From positions 24,180,001 through 24,244,000 of the forward strand of contig NW_027361733.1 of assembly GCF_039654945.1 (NCBI RefSeq): a stretch of 64,000 bases of DNA, read 5' to 3'. Source of the DNA: Dendrobates tinctorius (lineage: Eukaryota). Below are positions 25,201 to 35,641 of the stretch, piece by piece; position 1 is the stretch's first letter, and each line of letters opens with the position of its first letter. The notes below the pieces were generated by a model, which saw only the letters and a program-made list of their open reading frames with translations, ran no database searches and was not told where the DNA came from. A program made the translations under genes and the position numbers.

Positions 25201-26996
25201 TCAGTATGACTCACTGCTGCGAGTGCTTTACCAAACTTATCATCGCAAAGATTCACCTGCACTCCAGACTGACTGGAAAAGCAGTTATGAGTAGCAACAT
25301 CATCCATACCACCAAACATCACACAGCGCACCAAAGAGAAGCCGTTCCAGCCATCATATTAGGAAGTAGTTAATTAAATGTTTGACCAAATATAGCATGA
25401 TAATTCCAAGTTAATTATTTGGTACGGCCCCGAAGAATGGTATAAATGTCCAAATGACGCTTGGCAGAAAAAAGATTCCCTACCTCTGATATATAAGATG
25501 TCATTGTTCGGCAATTGCACAGGGAGCTGTCAGCAGCGGATCTTGATGATTTTTTTTAGTGCATTCAGCGTAGCAGCGCTTTCCTCAGACAACCATCAAT
25601 AACCTCACTGATACCAGCCGAGGCTGTAAGTGTTGGGATTTATTACTTATTAAATTAAGATCAGTAACGTCTCCATCCTGTGATTTCCATAATTCCACAA
25701 CTTTTCCTTCTTGGTGTAACTTCAATGTTTAGGAGTACAAAGTCTAAACATTCCTAGCACTGAATGCCTGTGTGGAGTACATACTTTCTATTTGCTTTTT
25801 ATATTTCCTTTCCTCGGATGCGGCTGCTTTTTATTTCTGCTCCTTTAGACCTCAGCTGTAATCAGTGACTTCACCTTAGTTACATAGTTTGGAGTCCATC
25901 TCCTGCCTCGGACTGTTGAGCTCTCCCACCTTCATACTTTACATTGCAGCGCTGCTTCAGTATGAATGTACAATATGTGAACCTTCTATGATCTATGTTT
26001 CATGTATTTTTCTATTAGATGGACTCTCTGCAGAAAACTGTTAACTTAGGCCTGAAAATAATGACGCCATTCCTGAATGGTAAGGGTCTTTTAATTTGAG
26101 TTATGTTATGGTGGGTCATAGAGGGTCCTCAGACAGCCATTACCCAGACCACCTTATGTTTAACCAGTCATCTTGTGTCCACCCAGCTACAAAGGATGTA
26201 GCCCAGGGAGCCCTATAGCTTCTCGCAGGGGCAGAGGATTTATTAGTGATAAACCCCTATGATGAACACTACAGCGTCTCTCACCACTATCATCTGTCTA
26301 CAGAGCGACTCAAGAAAATGTTCCCACTGCCAACACCTCTGGTCCGGCTCCAAGACCCCATCATTCGTGTGCTGCAGGTGAAGTCCCCTCCATTAAGTCA
26401 CTAGCTGGGCAAAAAGTATTGCATATGATAGGCTTAGATGCACAAGCTCAGCAGACAGTATCACACCTAATAAACTTAGATACAGCAGTTAACCGGACGA
26501 AATCACACAAATAGCTTAAAGACTGCATTTCAGTAGACTGTATCACACATTATAGGCTTAGATACAGAAGCATCAAAGACAATATTATCCAATAGGCTTA
26601 GGTACGCCAACTCGGCGGACAATATGAGACAATAAGCATAGATACAGCAAACTGTATCACACATGAAAGGACAACATATTCCATCTCAGCAGTCTGTATT
26701 GACTTGACTACGATAGTTTTGAATACAGAAGCTCAGCAAACAGTATCACACATAATTGGTTTAGGTACACCTTAGTATACACATGAGCGGCTTAGATACA
26801 CTGACAATGATAGGATGATGTCTTATCATATACGATGGGCTTAGATACCTGTCTCTTCCCCATGGATGATCACCAGGTTCTCCTCTCTCTACAGGGATAT
26901 TTAATTATCATGACTGATCTCCAAGTGACTCCGTCCTCTCACCGTACTATGACGTCTGAGAATCCGCCCTACAGGGAGCCGCTCGTTGTGCTCTGA
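4202..26996 (+). CDS. BPI/LBP-family (bactericidal permeability-increasing protein-like) secreted lipid-binding protein, 15 coding exons, 492 aa
   Basis: Exons 4202-4307, 8724-8838, 16358-16486, 16882-17037, 17945-18008, 18081-18141, 18345-18436, 18508-18684, 19714-19773, 20006-20176, 20251-20318, 20725-20767, 26019-26079, 26304-26377, 26895-26996. All introns are GT-AG and phase-consistent, summing to 1479 nt with no internal stop. Signal peptide MELRLILLTFGFIVSDTKA, then PGIKGRLTLKGLQY, IPDVSG, GWLLNMF, ICP, GEF, IPKQSPLRL and FPLPTP motifs; the 15-exon layout matches BPI/LBP. Exact orthologue not resolvable by eye. Confidence 0.93.
4341..4618. mobile_element. Palindromic MITE immediately downstream of BPI-like exon 1
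   Basis: CAGTGATGAG...CTCATCACTG long inverted arms; related element at ~45920-46178. Confidence 0.7.
6448..7110 (-). mobile_element. Solo LTR (Gypsy-type)
   Basis: 6767-7110 is highly similar to 60703-61059, the LTR next to gag; the other end resembles 62616-62735. Confidence 0.7.
7319..7913. mobile_element. TTAA-targeting palindromic MITE (T2/Kolobok-like)
   Basis: TTAA|AGGGAATCTGTCA...TGACAGATTCCCT|TTAA, almost fully self-complementary; related half-copy at ~40400-40698. Confidence 0.85.
8724..8838 (+). CDS. BPI/LBP-like coding exon 2
   Basis: ctcctcag|...|gtaagt; WQVGLEEMHKRLETVKIPDVSGSISVAVLGRIYYSVS. Confidence 0.9.
10150..11325 (+). mobile_element. Non-coding fold-back (palindromic) Penelope-like insertion in BPI-like intron 2
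   Basis: Near-perfect inverted arms 10149-~10695 and ~10705-11252; ~73 bp unpaired tail; 14-bp TSD TTACCTTACCTTTT (10136-10149 and 11326-11339); minimal HHR-like motif at the centre. Confidence 0.75.
10692..10725 (+). ncRNA. Minimal/variant hammerhead-like motif
   Basis: CTC, CCGAAGA (U4 to C), A, GC-GGAA-GC, GAAA, CGCGCG, TC, GAG. Confidence 0.5.
11927..15038 (+). mobile_element. Non-autonomous Ty3/Gypsy (Tf1/sushi-group) LTR retrotransposon
   Basis: LTRs 11927-12748 and 14224-15038 (TGTC...TGACA); 5-bp TSD ACTTT; polypurine tract AAGGGGAGGG at 14211-14220; TATAAAA at 12130. The 1.47-kb internal region has a decayed protease (VNSGAEVSLVD...GPPWSKKHNPVLDW) and an integrase C-terminal GPY-like segment, but no RT, RNase H or integrase core. 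Confidence 0.9.
16358..17037 (+). CDS. BPI/LBP-like coding exons 3-4 (16358-16486, 16882-17037)
   Basis: LKIQDVDLSSSNISFSPDTGVKASINDGQLHVTGYLYIKTVL; SASTQLELRVQGLTVSGVLGITCDDNGHGAVWNAGCSSGARDVNLWFHGGA; canonical splice sites. Confidence 0.9.
16570..16805 (+). mobile_element. V-SINE-like element in BPI-like intron 3
   Basis: B-box-like gggttcaaattcc; V-domain-like gagtttgtatgttctccccgtg...ggtttcctcccaca; L2-like tail ending in (AAAT)n. Confidence 0.7.
17049..17144. repeat. (ATCT)n microsatellite
   Basis: Direct reading; starts about 12 bp after the exon 4 donor. Confidence 0.9.
17945..18684 (+). CDS. BPI/LBP-like coding exons 5-8 (17945-18008, 18081-18141, 18345-18436, 18508-18684)
   Basis: WLLNMFKNSILGPIHDALHTQ / ICPEFSKAVQYMENILSKLP / VSLPVDQVSIFEVSLLGPPLITEKSFDLLVK / GEFEGRYQHWDLPFPP...INVTDDM; canonical splice sites. 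Confidence 0.92.
18730..19560. repeat. Degenerate ~30-33 bp minisatellite (aaatacagaccccagaccag...)
   Basis: Recurrent caaatacagacc motif in BPI-like intron 8. Confidence 0.75.
19714..20767 (+). CDS. BPI/LBP-like coding exons 9-12 (19714-19773, 20006-20176, 20251-20318, 20725-20767)
   Basis: IPKQSPLRLTVKSLAMFVPE / LPKRFPDSPPLILQVSARSAP...FLMQA / DSETAVNVILSEETVGATISIK / FSLTLVHSDVGPVK; canonical splice sites. Confidence 0.9.
21270..21720 (-). mobile_element. Mariner/Tc1 remnant
   Basis: VLPWPTASPDLSPIEHIGD in ORF 21448-21630; related fragment at ~25480-25740. Confidence 0.6.
21903..25021. mobile_element. hAT-like non-autonomous composite element in BPI-like intron 12
   Basis: CAGGGGCGGACA...TGTCTGCCCTTG termini; degenerate 8-bp TSD; contains (TG)n, a GA-rich minisatellite, MITEs and an LTR-like fragment (~24575-24967). 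Confidence 0.5.
26019..26996 (+). CDS. BPI/LBP-like coding exons 13-15 (26019-26079, 26304-26377, 26895-26996)
   Basis: MDSLQKTVNLGLKIMTPFLN / ERLKKMFPLPTPLVRLQDPIIRVLQ / GYLIIMTDLQVTPSSHRTMTSENPPYREPLVVL*; TGA at 26994-26996. Confidence 0.88.
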
Positions 26997-27235
26997 TCTC
27001 AGCCCTCACCTACGGAGAAGTGAAATCAACGCAGAATCCATGTACAAACGATGTGATCATCAGAAAAAGTCTACTGTAATTGTATCTATTGTTCTCTGTT
27101 ATCAGTCAGTGGTTGTCAAGAAAATCCGCTCTCTATCTGCAAAATGAGCAAGCAGAGCTGCAGTGTAAAGCATGGTGTGCCACATAACTTTGAGGTTTGC
27201 AATCTAATATTATTATGTAAAAACCATCTCCATAA

Positions 27236-27431
27236 GGCCGGGATCACACATGCGAAGAATACGGCCAAGTCTCGCATGTTAATACCCGGCACTGCCGCCG
27301 GCACTCAGGATCAGACCGTGTGGCCACATAGAAATACATGCAGCTGCACACTCCGCTCCCGAGTGCCGGCGGCAGTGCCGGGTATTAACATGCGAGACTC
27401 GGCCGTATTCCTCGCATGTGTGATCCCGGCC
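27236..27431. mobile_element. Harbinger-like palindromic MITE
   Basis: GGCCGGGATCACACATGCGA...TCGCATGTGTGATCCCGGCC with TWA flanks; related copy at ~46424-46579. Confidence 0.8.
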
Positions 27432-28502
27432 TTATAAAAACAAATGTCCTTCCGGTCCAGTCCCACACCCGACTCCTTGGCTACGGGCTCCACTAGTTAG
27501 GGCAAGGAAGAAGTGTTAATCATTTTTTATAATGTGAGGCCAAGAAGGCGAGCGGCCTAATGGTGCAGATGACTGATGACCCAGAACCACAATGATGAAT
27601 ATCGCGGCTCCGCAGCCGCCTACCTGGACGGTAACACAGCGAGGAATCGCCAGTCACAGATCCAGTGTAACTAAGGTCCGTTCTTTTTTTTCCCAAATGC
27701 TGGATCCATTTTTGATCCGCGTGTCTGTCCTTTTACAATCTATGCTGAATCCAGTAATCTCATATAAAATTAAAAAATGTCAAATAATAAAATACGGATG
27801 ACATCCGTGCGCTATCCATTTTTCTCTTCTCATGGGGCCATTGATTTACATTGACGAGTTTGATCCAGGATACAGACCAGAGTGAGAATTTACTCCATTA
27901 TTTTTTGTTTTTGGGTTCGTTTTTTTTTTTTCTAACAATTGATTAGAAAAATGGCACATCACTGTAATGGCTCCTTGACCTATTGACAAAAAAACATTCA
28001 GCTGTGTGGATTACATAGGTTCTTCATACAGGGGTCGGAAAGAAAGTTTCCTAGTTTTCCAAAATGTGTTGCTGTTAGAACTGCAATGTGATGTAGTTTC
28101 ACATTTTGCCACTAGATGGCAGAAATGCATTAACCCCTTTGTTGATACAGCCAGTTTAGCAGTGTGCTGCACCATTAGGTCTATAAAGCCTTTCTAGACT
28201 ATAGGGCAGTTTTTGCCAACATTATGGCATAAAACAGTTTGAAACGTCGTAATTATTTTTTTTGTGCAACTCGAAGTTTTGCGAAAAGTTTGTGAGCTTT
28301 GCCATTTTTAATTTCTGTCCCTCCAACTTTTCCTATGTGGCTGGAGCTCGCGAATGAGGCTTAGCCAAGCGCACCTGACCAATTCATCATAATTTATGGC
28401 ACAAAAGTAGCGTAAATTGCAACAAAAATAGATGCTGGTCGCTTACTGGCGACATTTTATGCAATGGCGCACGACGGTTGAAAGATGCGCCAACCTCACT
28501 AA

Positions 28503-28851
28503 GGCTGTGTGCACACGCTGCGGATTCTGCTGCGGATTGATCCGCGCGGATTTTGCAAAATCCGCAGTATCTGCGGATTAGCCTGTGGTTTTGCCCTGCG
28601 GTTTATCACCTCTACAATGGAGGAGATGGTAAACCGCAGCGGAATCCGCAGAAAAGAAGTGACATGTCAATTCTTTCTGCAGATTAGAAACTGCAGCAAA
28701 TCTGCGCGGAAAAATCTGCACCGTCTGCACAGCGGTTTCCATTTCCCATAGGATATAATGGTACTGTACACCGCAGCAGAAACTGCTGCAGATCCGCAGG
28801 GCCAAAACCGCTGCGGATACGCAGCAGAATCCGCAGCATGTGCACACACCC
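28503..28851. mobile_element. GGCT(A/G)TGTGCACAC-family MITE (one of several)
   Basis: Inverted termini with internal ccgcag/ctgcgg repeats; siblings at ~20981-21270, 22979-23277 and 32659-32895. Confidence 0.7.
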
Positions 28852-29622
28852 TAAGAGGTGCATTTGTCCTTAATTTCTTTTTGGCCCATCTTACTCCAGT
28901 GCACCCTTCATCAAAACTGCAGTGCAAAAAAAAATCTGGGCCTATGCTCACATCATATCGTCTGTGATGAAGCAGACATAGGCCGGGAGACCTCCGGTGA
29001 TCTCCATTTCTGGGCGTAGAGTCGACCAAGTTACTGTCAGTGACCCAAGTTTTATAGGGATTTTCCACAAAAATAATCCTTTATTTAGGATGGGTGATGA
29101 CTGATTGCACAGGGTCCTACTGACACAATTGCCCTCCATCACATGAACAGGGGTCTTGTCTCATGTGTGACTAGCACGCCATACGAAATGCCACTCCGTT
29201 CAAAGACTACGGGAGTGATGGAGATAGCCAAGTACAGAACTCCATCAGCCCCATGGACCATTAATGATGAATCAGCATCGCGCATGCTTGACCACCATTT
29301 GATCAGGGAAAACTGGATCTGAGTTCTCATAATTGTGGCAGTCAAGCTGGGACCTCAAGCAATTATTCACAACCTACCTAGAACTATGAAACTTTTTAGT
29401 GAGCCCTAGTATGTTAGTCTCTGTGGCCAGACAGCCATTCCATCTCAAAATCTTTATGAACTGGTGAAGATCTATTGGTGGTGGTATTTAAAGTGAAATG
29501 CAGCTCATAAATGCAGTACTCCAAATGGCCACCAGGTGGTGACAGAACAATGATGCCCAATGTAGATATGGGAGTCCTCAGTAGTTGATACCTTTTAATG
29601 GCTAACTGAAAAGATGGTAATA

Positions 29623-29668
29623 CATTGCAAGCTTTCGAGACTACTCAGGTCTCTTCATCAGGCTAGAC
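29623..29668 (-). ncRNA. Mirror-copy hammerhead ribozyme
   Basis: Reverse complement of 30805-30850 in the left palindrome arm. Confidence 0.7.
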
Positions 29669-30804
29669 TAATACAAAATCTGAAGTCACATATTTATGCA
29701 CAATACAGCCTAGAAAAAATGCAATAGATAAGACAAGTGACGTGAAGCAGAACTATCAATATGGGAGAGGGAGAAACATAAATATAAACATTGGACCAGT
29801 TCATAGATAAGGAGTCTGGATGTTTTATGGTCCTCTGATTGGGGTCTAGTTCTGTGTTGCCCTGCAAGGTTTTAAAAGGAAATTCCTTAATTGATGTAAA
29901 AAGACATAAATCCATGCGACACATTCATTCCAGCACTGAGAGTGTCAAAGTTCGTCATAAATTTGTACTCCCAAACTCGTCTCTCTATCTGAGATGTGAA
30001 GTTACCTTTCAATACCAGTAATTTCATATCCATGCTGCTGTGATCAGGGATACAGAAATGTTTTGCCACAGGTAGATCCATTCTTTTTTCTCTTATTGTG
30101 TGACGATGAGCATTCATCCTTGTTCTAAGCTTTTGCCCTGTCTCCCCCACATACAGACCCCCAGTTGGACATTTAGTACAAATAATTAAGTACACCACAT
30201 TAGATGTAATGCAGGTGAAAGTACCTGGGATCTTGTACAAGATCCCAGGTACTTTCACCTGCATTACATCTAATGTGGTGTACTTAATTATTTGTACTAA
30301 ATGTCCAACTGGGGGTCTGTATGTGGGGGAGACAGGGCAAAAGCTTAGAACAAGGATGAATGCTCATCGTCACACAATAAGAGAAAAAAGAATGGATCTA
30401 CCTGTGGCAAAACATTTCTGTATCCCTGATCACAGCAGCATGGATATGAAATTACTGGTATTGAAAGGTAACTTCACATCTCAGATAGAGAGACGAGTTT
30501 GGGAGTACAAATTTATGACGAACTTTGACACTCTCAGTGCTGGAATGAATGTGTCGCATGGATTTATGTCTTTTTACATCAATTAAGGAATTTCCTTTTA
30601 AAGCCTTGCAGGGCAACACAGAACTAGACCCCAATCAGAGGACCATAAAACATCCAGACTCCTTATCTATGAACTGGTCCAATGTTTATATTTATGTTTC
30701 TCCCTCTCCCATATTGATAGTTCTGCTTCACGTCACTTGTCTTATCTATTGCATTTTTTCTAGGCTGTATTGTGCATAAATATGTGACTTCAGATTTTGT
30801 ATTA

Positions 30805-30850
30805 GTCTAGCCTGATGAAGAGACCTGAGTAGTCTCGAAAGCTTGCAATG
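30805..30850 (+). ncRNA. Type I hammerhead ribozyme in the PLE 3' region
   Basis: CTGATGA (30812-30818), A, stem II GAGAC/GTCTC, GAAA (30837-30840), GCTT palindromic stem III. Confidence 0.72.
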
Positions 30851-33837
30851 TATTACCATCTTTTCAGTTAGCCATTAAAAGGTATCAACTACTGAGGACT
30901 CTCAATCCTGAATATTTTTCTATCTACTGGCTAACACGGTACAAAGATATACATCTTTCCTGTATCAATGTAGATATGTAGATTTTTGAACACTGTAATA
31001 AATCTATTAAGTGGAAATTATTGTCCTTTGACTTGTCTGTGAATGTATAATCAGCGCGTTCTGATGTCCCATTGGATAGCAAAATATACCTACATGACAG
31101 GTCTCATCCTCAGACAGGATCAGTGATTTAGGAATCCCGCACAATTTTGGAAACTTCTTTTATTTCTTCATCCAGATTTATAACACGGTTCCTGTAGTCC
31201 CAAGTAAGTTTTATGGGAATAGAATGCAATTTATCAAAGCTGAAGCAGGAAGTTGAGAAGAGTCCAAAAACAATCCACAATCCTGATTGATAAACCGTTC
31301 GCTGTAATAAAGCCGCCTGGAAATTACCAGATCTAATCGCCTCTTTTATGTTCTGTTTACTTCTCATAATCATGTGAGGATTATCAGTGTGTGACCATCA
31401 ATAAACCGCAGCCTCGCCCGGGTAGGATCTGCTGCCGCCCTTCATATCATCTATAGCCACGCTCACCTGCACTCCTGTTACCAGAGAAAGTTAGTGAACC
31501 CTCCAGAATTTTTCATATTTCAACATAAATTTGATCTAAATTGATCAGATTTTCACACAAGGTTTAAAAGCTGAAAAAGAACCAAATCCAACAAGACAAA
31601 AATGTAGACTTTTTTTTTTAAAAGAGGAAAAAAATATCCAATATCACGTCTGTGAGTGGCAAAAGTATGTGACCCTTTAGGATAAGCGTGAAATTAGAGC
31701 CAGAGGCATCCCACCTATAGTGACAGAGCACGCCGTCACTACGGGCACGTGAGCCAGGGGGAGCGGTGCGCTTCTTTCCCTCTTGGTGTTGTAATTTCAA
31801 TTTGAGCAGTGTATTAAATCAGGACCTGGATTTCTCTTGAAATCAGCTGATAACAATTTAGGAACATGAGGATGATTAAGGCTATGTTCACACGTTGCTT
31901 TTTGCTGCAGTTTTTTTTTTTCCTGCAGTTTTTTTTTTCCCAGCAGGCAAAACCTGCTCTCTTGGCAGTAAAAGAGCAATGTAAAAAAAAGCAGGTTTTG
32001 CTGCATGTTTTGCTGCGTTTTTGTCAGGGCACATTTGTCTCTTGTGCACGCCGATAAAGTTTAGTGCATAAAAAAGTAACGTGATTCAGCTTCATCAGGT
32101 TATGGCACCAAAAAAGCACCAAAACTTGATACCTGCAATTTTTGCAGCATTTTTTTTTTTTGCCCCAGGTGAAAAAACACCGCAAAAACACTGAAAACAC
32201 TCAAAGAAGTGACGTGCTACATTTTGCAAAAACGCAGCTGTTTAACAAAAGTCGTTTTTCTACTTCAGGTAGTGAAAACCGGTGGGAAAAATGAACGTGC
32301 TTGTCACTTATATAAAAATGAGCTATTGATGGAATCAAGTCCAAACTAGATACTGTCCAATCAGAAGGCTACAAAAAAAACACGCTTCGGGAAAAAAAAA
32401 AATCTTCAAAACATCTTCAGTAAATGATAAAGTCCTAAAAAAAAAAAACCTCCCTAAAGAAGGATCATTTATTCATTTCTAGACATGGTTTCAACTAGAA
32501 AGTTGTCGTTTTAAAGTGCCTTAGAAAAACAGTGCGCATGTCCTAAGGGTATGTGCTCACGACATCTTTCTCAGATGGATTTGGTCTGCAACCTGCCTTA
32601 AAAAAAAAAACAGCAGCAAAAAGTGAACATGGTGTGCCGCGATGTAAAAACAACATTAGGCTATGTGCACACGCTGCGGATCTGCAGCAGTTCTGCAGAC
32701 AGTGTACAATACCATGTAAGTCTATGGGATTTACAATCCGCAGTGCACATGCTGCAGTTTTTACACTGCGGATTCCGCTGCGGTTTGCCACCTATTCCAT
32801 TTTCCAGGTGTCAAACCGCAGGGGAAAACCTCTGGCCAATCTGGCCATTTTACCTGCGGATCCACAGATACAAATCCGCAGCGTGTGCACATAGCCTTAC
32901 TGGTCACACGTTCAGGCTTTTGCTACTTTTAACTGCTTCAGTTTTCGAAAACCTTGATCTAGTTAAAAGGAATAGCACTTTCATTTTTTGGGGAAGCCAC
33001 TTTAAGGCTACATTCCCATGATAAGTTTTTGTGAGTTTTTTGCTGCGTACTTTTCTTTAAAAAAATGGAAGTAACCTATTTTACATAATGAGTGCAGAAA
33101 TGACGGTGTTATTCATGAAGCGTCTTCCATGGCGGTTTTTCTGTCATTTTTGCGTCAGCTCTGCTTCTAGATTATTTTTTTGTAATTTGCAAGTTAACTA
33201 GCGAGTGACCTCCATGAAAAAAACACCCAAAGAATGAACATGTTAATTCTTCTAACACTTCTACATTGCTGCGCATTAGGCTCATTCTTTGTAGTGTTTT
33301 CTTAGTGCTTTTTCAGGGGGGTTACAGTTACCCACCTGAAAAAGCCCTAAGAAAACACTACGAAGAATTACAGGCGGAATCCGCCTGATAAAGATGCTGT
33401 GCGCACAGACCCTCAGAGTGTTTGTGCTGCTCCGGCAGGAAGTAACGGCTTTTGTAAGCCGCCGTATCACCACTGTGTATAGTGGAAGTCACTTTTTTTT
33501 TTTCAATACAAGTCAATGGGGCTCAGAACGAGGCTGCGGAACCTCATTCTTGATTCCCATAGACTTGTATTGAGAAGTTTTCAAAAAGGGACCTCAGCCG
33601 CCTCACTCACCTGTGTGATTTGGCCGGTCACTACTGCAGTCACGTGGTGTCAGAGCGGGGCTGAAAACAGGTGAAGGTGGCTACGGTGAGTATGTAACTA
33701 CATACATGATCCCTAATAAAGGGATTAAAAAAAAAACTGGAGTACGAATGTCTCGATGACTCGGGGTCTACACTGAAGGGGCATAGCAATTTTCTGTAAC
33801 CCTGATGTGAAGGTTATGATTAATTTTTGTGTATTTC

Positions 33838-34036
33838 TTACAGGAAAGATGTATATCTTAGTACTGTGTTAGCCAGTAGATAGAAAAATATTAAGATTTG
33901 AGAGTCCTCAGTGGTTGATGATACCTGTTCATGGCTAACTGAAAAGACCGTAATATATTACAAGCTTTCAAGAAGAGACCGGAGTAATCTTGGAAGCTTG
34001 CAGTTTGTTACCATGTTCTCAGCCATTAATATCAAA
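33838..34036 (-). mobile_element. Older, short fold-back copy of the same PLE family as 29571-30965
   Basis: 33838-~33972 is the diverged reverse complement of ~30833-30965, tail included. It is immediately followed by a forward copy of the HHR stem II/GAAA region and downstream sequence (~33972-34036). Confidence 0.65.
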
Positions 34037-35641
34037 CTTATAATGCCCATACCCCTTTTATCGCTGGTGACAACACTAAGGGGTTTCATTAGGGGCATAA
34101 TCAGTGTGTACATGCCGCAATACGTGTTTTTCTCCTGGTTTATTTGATAAAAGCTGGGAGATATGATATTGCTATATATAGTATAATTTTGTATACACAT
34201 ACTGATTTTTTTTTTTTAGCTGGGGTAGGGGGAAATGGGGCAATACCATTAGTTATGCTATGGGGCCCTGTGATTTCCATGTATGCCACTGAATAGGTGA
34301 TTTTTTGCAAACAAAAAAAGTCAGTATTTGAGAGGTATTTACACTGAAAACCTGGCAGAAATGCAAGAATGAATTGGGCCCTCAGTGTGCACATACTCTA
34401 ATGTGATAATGTGACCACACTGCCTTATTGGATTTTTATCTGGTTGTATTTTTTTTTTTTTTTTTTTTACATTTTTGTACCTTGTTTGTGGAATATTTTA
34501 TATTTAATAAACCTTCAAACTTAGTCGTTTGAAACACTGAAAGTTTGTTTAAATTGTTTTGGCCCAACAGTAATTTGTGGGATATTGTAGAATTCTGGGT
34601 GTTCCGTACTCCTTTTAGTGTTCTGAACTTGGAAGTAGAATTTTTTTTTTATTTTTTATTGGTCTCGTGGTCCAGTTTTGGTTACTACTAACATCAAGGT
34701 GGTTTTGTAGAGAAGCGATGCTAAGGGGAGAGAATGTGATCTGTCCCCCTTCCATATATATATAATAGGGTCAGCTTCTATGGCGATCTTGTTGATGCAT
34801 AAATTGGTGACTGGGCCCCTTTAAAAAGAAGCGTTAAAGGCCGGAGGAGGAAACAGACGGGGGAAGGTGGTAAACATTAGGGTCTTTCATGGCTGGTGGC
34901 ACAATGGAAGGAGGAAGGACTCAAATTGAGAGGAGGAGATGGGAACAAGGTGGTGACCTAGTGTGTACCCCTCCTTTTCTGATTTCTTGCCACATTATGC
35001 TGGGGAGGGGGGTGGATTAAGGCGTCCCTTGCTGTCTCTCTGTCCCAGAATGCATTGCTCCTGGCTTTTTCTCAAAATCTTTGTTTGGCTGTGATCCCAG
35101 ACCTTGTCCCTCAGTCTCTCTCCATTTTACAGAGTCTGCAGCTCGGCTCCCTTCCCCGTCACTGTGAGTACTGCAAAAGGCCTGTGCTGCCATCTCCCAA
35201 AATGTGGGTGCTGCTCGGTACATAGGGGGTGGGGGATAAAGCGATTTCTGTGCCATGGATTAAAGACCGGCTGCTGATACCAGGGCAGCGAGGACAAGAA
35301 GGCCCTGGTAATCTACCGGCTATGCCAGTGCATGTAGTAACCTCATATCGTCTTCTGTGCAGGATCCCAAATCCCGCTCATAGCTTGCAAAGTCGTAGCT
35401 TGTACCAAAAAGCTGACAATCTTATTGCATCCACATAGACGGACACTGGATGAGATGTTTCGACCTTTCCCAGTTCCCAGAGGTCAGAAGCATGCTCAAC
35501 ACAGGTGACAAGTGGTAGTGCCAGGGCGATCCACACCACGCCACTCTACGGCTGTACTTCATAGGACATGACCCTCATTCCCAATACAGGGGAGCGTCGT
35601 GGGTTGGTGCAGATCTTGACATATGATCATTTCCATTACAG

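Larger units (their letters stand above)
29571..30965 (+). mobile_element. Penelope-like retroelement 3' end (GIY-YIG endonuclease + HHR) as a 1.33-kb perfect palindrome
   Basis: Arms 29572-30236 and 30237-30901 with zero spacer (TGT|ACA). Mirror ORFs 29887-30264(-) and 30209-30586(+) encode NVVYLIICTKC...LYVGETGQKLRTRMNAHR...E...GMN (GIY-YIG). 64-bp tail; 13-bp TSD CAATGTAGATATG (29558-29570 and 30966-30978). Confidence 0.9.

Noticed and set aside
35100-35169. Possible non-coding first exon of COX4I2 ending at act|gtgagt (35163)
   Set aside because: Plausible, since the ATG exon has an acceptor, but the boundaries are unverifiable from sequence alone
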